NCBI GenBank assembly: GCA_042219045.1
Contig: JBDGQO010000078.1
Coordinates: forward strand, 1 to 12,617
Origin: Candidatus Bipolaricaulia bacterium
GTDB taxonomy: Bacteria; Bipolaricaulota; Bipolaricaulia; RBG-16-55-9
Reading direction: 5' to 3'
Length of the DNA: 12,617 nucleotides
Below, piece by piece: positions 9,046 through 12,617 of this stretch (position 1 is its first letter; every line of letters starts with the position of its first letter). The position numbers and the translations under genes were made by a program. Under the pieces are notes generated by a model. The model did not search any database. It had not been told where the DNA came from and was given only the letters and a program-made list of their open reading frames with translations.

Positions 9046-9120
9046 AGCAAATCCACCGCCGGCGGCAGAGAACTGCGGAGGGGCTCGTGGGCGCGTCTAG
9101 CCGGCCCACAATGGTTCACG

Positions 9121-12100
9121 CTAATTGAAGGCCCGCGTGACGAGCACCACGACTGTGAGGGCACTCGACAGAATGCCGGTCACCTCCGTGATGATCTGTG
9201 CGATGTCCGTTCCGTTCTTTTTCGGGGCGGACTGCTTCCGCGCCACACGAATGACAGCCCCCTCGTCGACCCTGGGCGGACCGTGGAGCCAACCAGTTTT
9301 GACGCGGAACGTCGCCCCGGACGCCTGGGTCAGGTAGATGGCCCTTGTGCTGTCTCGCGTGCCCCCCGCCCGCTCAAGGTAGTACTCCACGTCCCGCCCC
9401 GGCCGATGCTTGAGGAGCCCCTCGTTGGCCACGTTGCCGCGAACCGCCACGGTGTTGGGGCGGGTTGGGATCACGATCTCGTCGCCCGGCTGCAAGATGA
9501 CGTCCGCGCTCGGGTCGCCCTGCACGGCCCGCCCCATCTCGACGATGACCTGCTCGTCCTTCCGGGTCCGGAGGCGCCGCCCCTTCTTCACGGAGTCTCG
9601 CAGGAGCCGCCCCCCTTTTAGGTACCCGGTGGGCAGCACGCCCCCGGCCCGCTGAATGACGCTGGACAGGCGTTCGTTGTCGTAGAGGAGGGTGTACGTG
9701 CCGGGATACCTCACCTCCCCCCGAATGGTTACCGTCTTCTGTGGCTGGAAGGACGGGTCCGTTCGGACGTAGACCCGATCTCGATGCCGAAGATCAAACG
9801 TCGCGGCGGCCTTCAGGGCCTGCGTCGTGTCCTGGACGGAGAAGTTTACGTTTTTCGGGTCGCCCTCTGTGTCCGTGAGGGGCACGCGGATGGTCTTCGC
9901 ACGACGCCCCTTCCTCTTGGGCGTCTCGACCATGCGGGTCACCTCCACCTGCCGGAGCGACGCCCCCTCCGTGAATCCGCCAGCACGCACAATGAGGTCC
10001 TTGAGCGTCATGTTGTCCCGGTACGCGTAGCGGCCCGTGTCCTGCACCGCCCCGCTGATTCGCACACGCCGTTTCTCGACCCGCTCCATCGTCGCCTCGT
10101 ACACGCGGAGCTCGTCCCCCGGCCGCAGTGTCCGGTCGGCCATGCCCTTGCCATCGAGGGCATCGCCCAGGTGAAACGGGATCACCCGCTGTTTGCTTCC
10201 GTCGGGGGATTGCCGGAACAGATCGGCCCGCCCGAGGAAGACCCCCTTCAGGTACTGGTCGTCCGTCAGCCCCCCGCCTTTGAGGAGGAGGGCGCGGACG
10301 GTCATGCCCTGGCGGTATCGGTACTGGCCGGGGTTCCGGACCTGTCCGCTAATTCGGACAAAGCGGTTGGGGCGCATCGCCTGGACGGACGCCACGTGCA
10401 GGCTGTCGCCCGGCTGCAGGACGACGTTGGCCTGGGGCCGGTCGTTCATGACCTCGTTCAGGTTGAGCGACCGGGTCGACTCCTGGAAGTCGTCCTCAAT
10501 GCGGACGAGCTGCGCCTGCTCCCTGTAGGCGTCGCCCGTGAGCCCATCGGCCCGCTCGATGAGGTCCTTCACCGTTCGCACCCCGTCACCAAGCTCGTAC
10601 TGACCCGGCTGGAAGACCGCCCCCGTAACCTCTACGGCCTCAACCTGGGCCTCCACGGCAGGATCCTGCGCCTCGGTGATCGAGAAGACCTTCACGTGGG
10701 CCCCGTCGGTCAGCTCGACGCTCGACGTGTCGGACCGGACGCGCGCTAGGCTGACGTCGGTCACCTCCCGGGCCACGGAGGGCTTCTCCCGCTCCCCGAA
10801 CGGGGTGATGCTGGAAATTTGAATGCGTTTCGAGTACGCCGTCGGCTTTAGTCCGCCCGCGTATTCGATGAGGTCCTGGACGGTTTCCCCCTCCTTCATC
10901 TCGTAATAGGCCGGCCGCTTCACGGCCCCGGTGATGGCGACAGTTTCCCCCCGCGGCGGAACGAAGACGTAGTCGTTGCTCTGGAGCTGCACCGGATCGG
11001 GGCTGTACCCCTGGAGGAGATAGTTGTACATGTCCACCGTCTCGACGACCTCCCCGTCCCGGACCACCTGGATGTTGCGGAGGCTCCCGCGCTGGAGGGG
11101 TCCTCCCACGCTGTAGAGCGCGTTGAAGACGGTCGAGTAGCCGCTCACCACGTAGCCCCCCGGCTGGGCCACCTCCCCGAGCACAAACACCTGGGTGGGC
11201 CGCACGCGCGTGAGCGTGAGGTCCATGAACACCGTGGGGGGATCGCTGGTGAGTCCCGAGTAGCTCTGCGAGAGCCATTTCTTCATCTCCGTGCGCAGCT
11301 CGTTGAGCGTCTTCCCCGACACGGTAAACTGCCCCACGTTCGGCACCGTGACTCGTCCGCCCTGATCGACGGGCAGTTCGTACGTAAACTCGGCCCCGCC
11401 CCAGACCGTGAGGCGCAGTTCGTCCTTCGGCCCCACCACGTAGTTGCCGCTGGCAGGGCCGGTCGGCTGGGGCATGAAGGCGTCCGGGATGGTGTTGAAC
11501 GTGTCGTACCCAAAGTAGGCCAGCGTGTCCCCCCTTGGGCGTCGGGTCGTGTCCCGGGGCATCTTGCCCTTCGGAAAGAGCATGAGCCGGCGGCCCGTGG
11601 CGAGCGTGACGGTCGTGTCCCGGGTCGACGCCCGCACGAAGAGGTTCCACGTTCCGGCGCTCGTGTCGGTTGGGATGGTGAGGCGCCCCCGCCACGTCCC
11701 GTTGACGACTGATCCCCGAATGCGTTGGACCGACTGAGCCAGCACGGAGTCGCCCCCGGCAGTCATAAATCCCGGTTGAACGCGCAGGATCTGGTTTCGG
11801 CTGCGGAGAGGCACGCGCACCTCAACGTCTACCGGCAGCTGCCCAACCGAGACGCTGTCGGGAATGATGTCGGGCCGGCCCGACAACACCGGAAACGGCG
11901 GATTGACCGGCACCTGGGTCCGGAGGGTGTCGGCGCCGGTGGTGTCTTGCCTCGCACGCGCCGCCTGCAGAAGGGCCTGAATGCGCGCCTCCGGGATGCC
12001 GAGCTGGCGGGCTACCCGCCTGGCCTGCTCCGGATTCGAGGGGTCAATGCCCAACTGGCGGGCCCGCTGTCGGGCCTCTTCCACGGTCATTCCCCGCTTC

Positions 12101-12219
12101 TTGAGTTCTCGGCGGACTTCTTCCGGAAGTTCCTCTTGCTGCCCCCAGCTGACCTGGGGCGCGAGAGCCACGGTTCCGATCAGAACGACACACAGAAGCG
12201 TAGCGACACGCTGCGTCAT
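9121..12219 (-). CDS. Polysaccharide export protein (OPX; KpsD/Wza-like, multi-SLBB)
   Basis: 1032 aa. Sec signal peptide (likely cleavage SWG/QQ), a poly_export domain (YFGYDTF...YVVGPKDELRLTVWG...VDQGGRVTVPNVG), seven SLBB-type repeats (GEVAQPGGY, GAVKRPAYY, GAVFQPGQY, GQVRNPGQY, GAVQDTGRY, GEVRYPGTY, GNVANEGLL) and a C-terminal hydrophobic/amphipathic helix. Confidence 0.92.
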   Translation of the reverse strand: MTQRVATLLCVVLIGTVALAPQVSWGQQEELPEEVRRELKKRGMTVEEARQRARQLGIDPSNPEQARRVARQLGIPEARIQALLQAARARQDTTGADTLRTQVPVNPPFPVLSGRPDIIPDSVSVGQLPVDVEVRVPLRSRNQILRVQPGFMTAGGDSVLAQSVQRIRGSVVNGTWRGRLTIPTDTSAGTWNLFVRASTRDTTVTLATGRRLMLFPKGKMPRDTTRRPRGDTLAYFGYDTFNTIPDAFMPQPTGPASGNYVVGPKDELRLTVWGGAEFTYELPVDQGGRVTVPNVGQFTVSGKTLNELRTEMKKWLSQSYSGLTSDPPTVFMDLTLTRVRPTQVFVLGEVAQPGGYVVSGYSTVFNALYSVGGPLQRGSLRNIQVVRDGEVVETVDMYNYLLQGYSPDPVQLQSNDYVFVPPRGETVAITGAVKRPAYYEMKEGETVQDLIEYAGGLKPTAYSKRIQISSITPFGEREKPSVAREVTDVSLARVRSDTSSVELTDGAHVKVFSITEAQDPAVEAQVEAVEVTGAVFQPGQYELGDGVRTVKDLIERADGLTGDAYREQAQLVRIEDDFQESTRSLNLNEVMNDRPQANVVLQPGDSLHVASVQAMRPNRFVRISGQVRNPGQYRYRQGMTVRALLLKGGGLTDDQYLKGVFLGRADLFRQSPDGSKQRVIPFHLGDALDGKGMADRTLRPGDELRVYEATMERVEKRRVRISGAVQDTGRYAYRDNMTLKDLIVRAGGFTEGASLRQVEVTRMVETPKRKGRRAKTIRVPLTDTEGDPKNVNFSVQDTTQALKAAATFDLRHRDRVYVRTDPSFQPQKTVTIRGEVRYPGTYTLLYDNERLSSVIQRAGGVLPTGYLKGGRLLRDSVKKGRRLRTRKDEQVIVEMGRAVQGDPSADVILQPGDEIVIPTRPNTVAVRGNVANEGLLKHRPGRDVEYYLERAGGTRDSTRAIYLTQASGATFRVKTGWLHGPPRVDEGAVIRVARKQSAPKKNGTDIAQIITEVTGILSSALTVVVLVTRAFN

Positions 12220-12298
12220 CGAGAATACATGAGCCAGACGATGAGGGTCACACGGAGTGGTGGGGAGATGTCCGGAATGGGAAATGGGGCGAGCCTGA

Positions 12299-12375
12299 CA
12301 AGATTACTTGATAACTCGCATCGAGTAGAAACGCGAACCAGGAGGGGCCCCTTCTCACAAATCTTTAAACTTTCG
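12299..12375 (-). promoter_or_regulatory. Possible promoter/operator region for the export operon
   Basis: This is the only clearly AT-rich patch upstream of the OPX gene. The minus strand reads GTTTAAAGATTTG and TTCTAC-N18-TAATCTTG. Short dyads lie at 12299-12310, 12314-12326 and 12343-12352. There is no exact consensus match. Confidence 0.3.
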
Positions 12376-12429
12376 TTTCCGTCCGCGCGACGGCTGCGGG
12401 GCACCGGGATCGAGCTGCCCCCCGGCCAC

Positions 12430-12501
12430 CTGCGGTCTCGTCCCGCTACGGATGGAGGATTCCGTCTGCGGTCTCGCCCTGCTACGGATGGAGGATTCCG
12501 T
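12430..12501. repeat. 36-bp tandem direct repeat, 2 copies (34/36 identical)
   Basis: 12430-12465 CTGCGGTCTCGTCCCGCTACGGATGGAGGATTCCGT and 12466-12501 CTGCGGTCTCGCCCTGCTACGGATGGAGGATTCCGT. Each copy has an internal ACGGA...TCCGT inverted repeat. Confidence 0.95.
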
Positions 12502-12617
12502 TCTCGTCGGCCTCATGTGCCCGGTGCTGCAGGGCCGCCAGCTGCTCCGTCCAGGACGGGATGTCCAGGTCGAACGTGTTTCGGGCGCGGGTCGACGCCA
12601 GGGCCGTGTAGGCCGGG
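12482..12617 (-). CDS. rfbD: 3' end of a probable dTDP-4-dehydrorhamnose reductase (partial)
   Basis: Not in the ORF track. The frame from 12616 reads PAYTALASTRARNTFDLDIPSWTEQLAALQHRAHEADENGILHP*, with TAG at 12482-12484. This resembles the RmlD C-terminal pattern (R)PxYSxLxxxKxxxxFxLxxPxWxxxL and fits the polysaccharide context. Only 44 aa are visible. Confidence 0.72.
   Translation of the reverse strand, partial: PAYTALASTRARNTFDLDIPSWTEQLAALQHRAHEADENGILHP

Noticed and set aside
9053..9062. ops-like GGCGGTGG before wzz
   Set aside because: It mismatches the ops core GGCGGTAG, lacks the downstream TG, sits mid-operon, and is likely by chance at this GC content.
2267..11695. Long alternative-frame minus-strand ORFs (2267-3157, 6246-7307, 8489-9109, 10640-11695)
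   Set aside because: Their Arg/Gly/Pro-rich composition is typical of off-frame reading. The host genes are intact, so no frameshift needs to be invoked.
311..12232. Many plus-strand ORFs, e.g. 585-1163, 5587-6276, 8029-8847 and 9784-10749
   Set aside because: They are antisense shadows of well-supported minus-strand genes in GC-rich DNA and have no recognisable motifs.
12216..12404. 62-aa minus-strand ORF or leader peptide overlapping the OPX start
   Set aside because: It has no recognisable features, crosses the AT-rich putative promoter region, and is of a length expected by chance.
12430..12501. CRISPR array (36-bp repeat with an internal hairpin)
   Set aside because: The two copies are directly adjacent with no spacer, one overlaps a coding 3' end, and there are no cas genes in the window.

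Overview
The window holds a single minus-strand operon for Wzx/Wzy-dependent polysaccharide synthesis and export. In transcription order (right to left) it contains: the 3' end of a probable rmlD/rfbD; a ~260-bp intergenic region with a 36-bp tandem duplication; a 1032-aa KpsD/Wza-like export protein with about 7 SLBB domains; a kinase-less Wzz-type co-polymerase; a Wzx flippase; two PAPS-dependent sulfotransferases; a GT4; a Wzy polymerase; a second GT4; and a third sulfotransferase that runs off the left edge and is missing from the ORF track. The main point of interest is three divergent cytoplasmic sulfotransferases inside a Wzx/Wzy locus, which suggests a multiply sulfated capsule or EPS. 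The export protein also has an extra putative beta-sandwich insert, a cluster of D-S/T sequon-like motifs and two polybasic loops. High GC, SD-poor leaders, a Gln after the signal peptide and the gene architecture suggest a Salinibacter/Rhodothermota-like host, which is an inference only.
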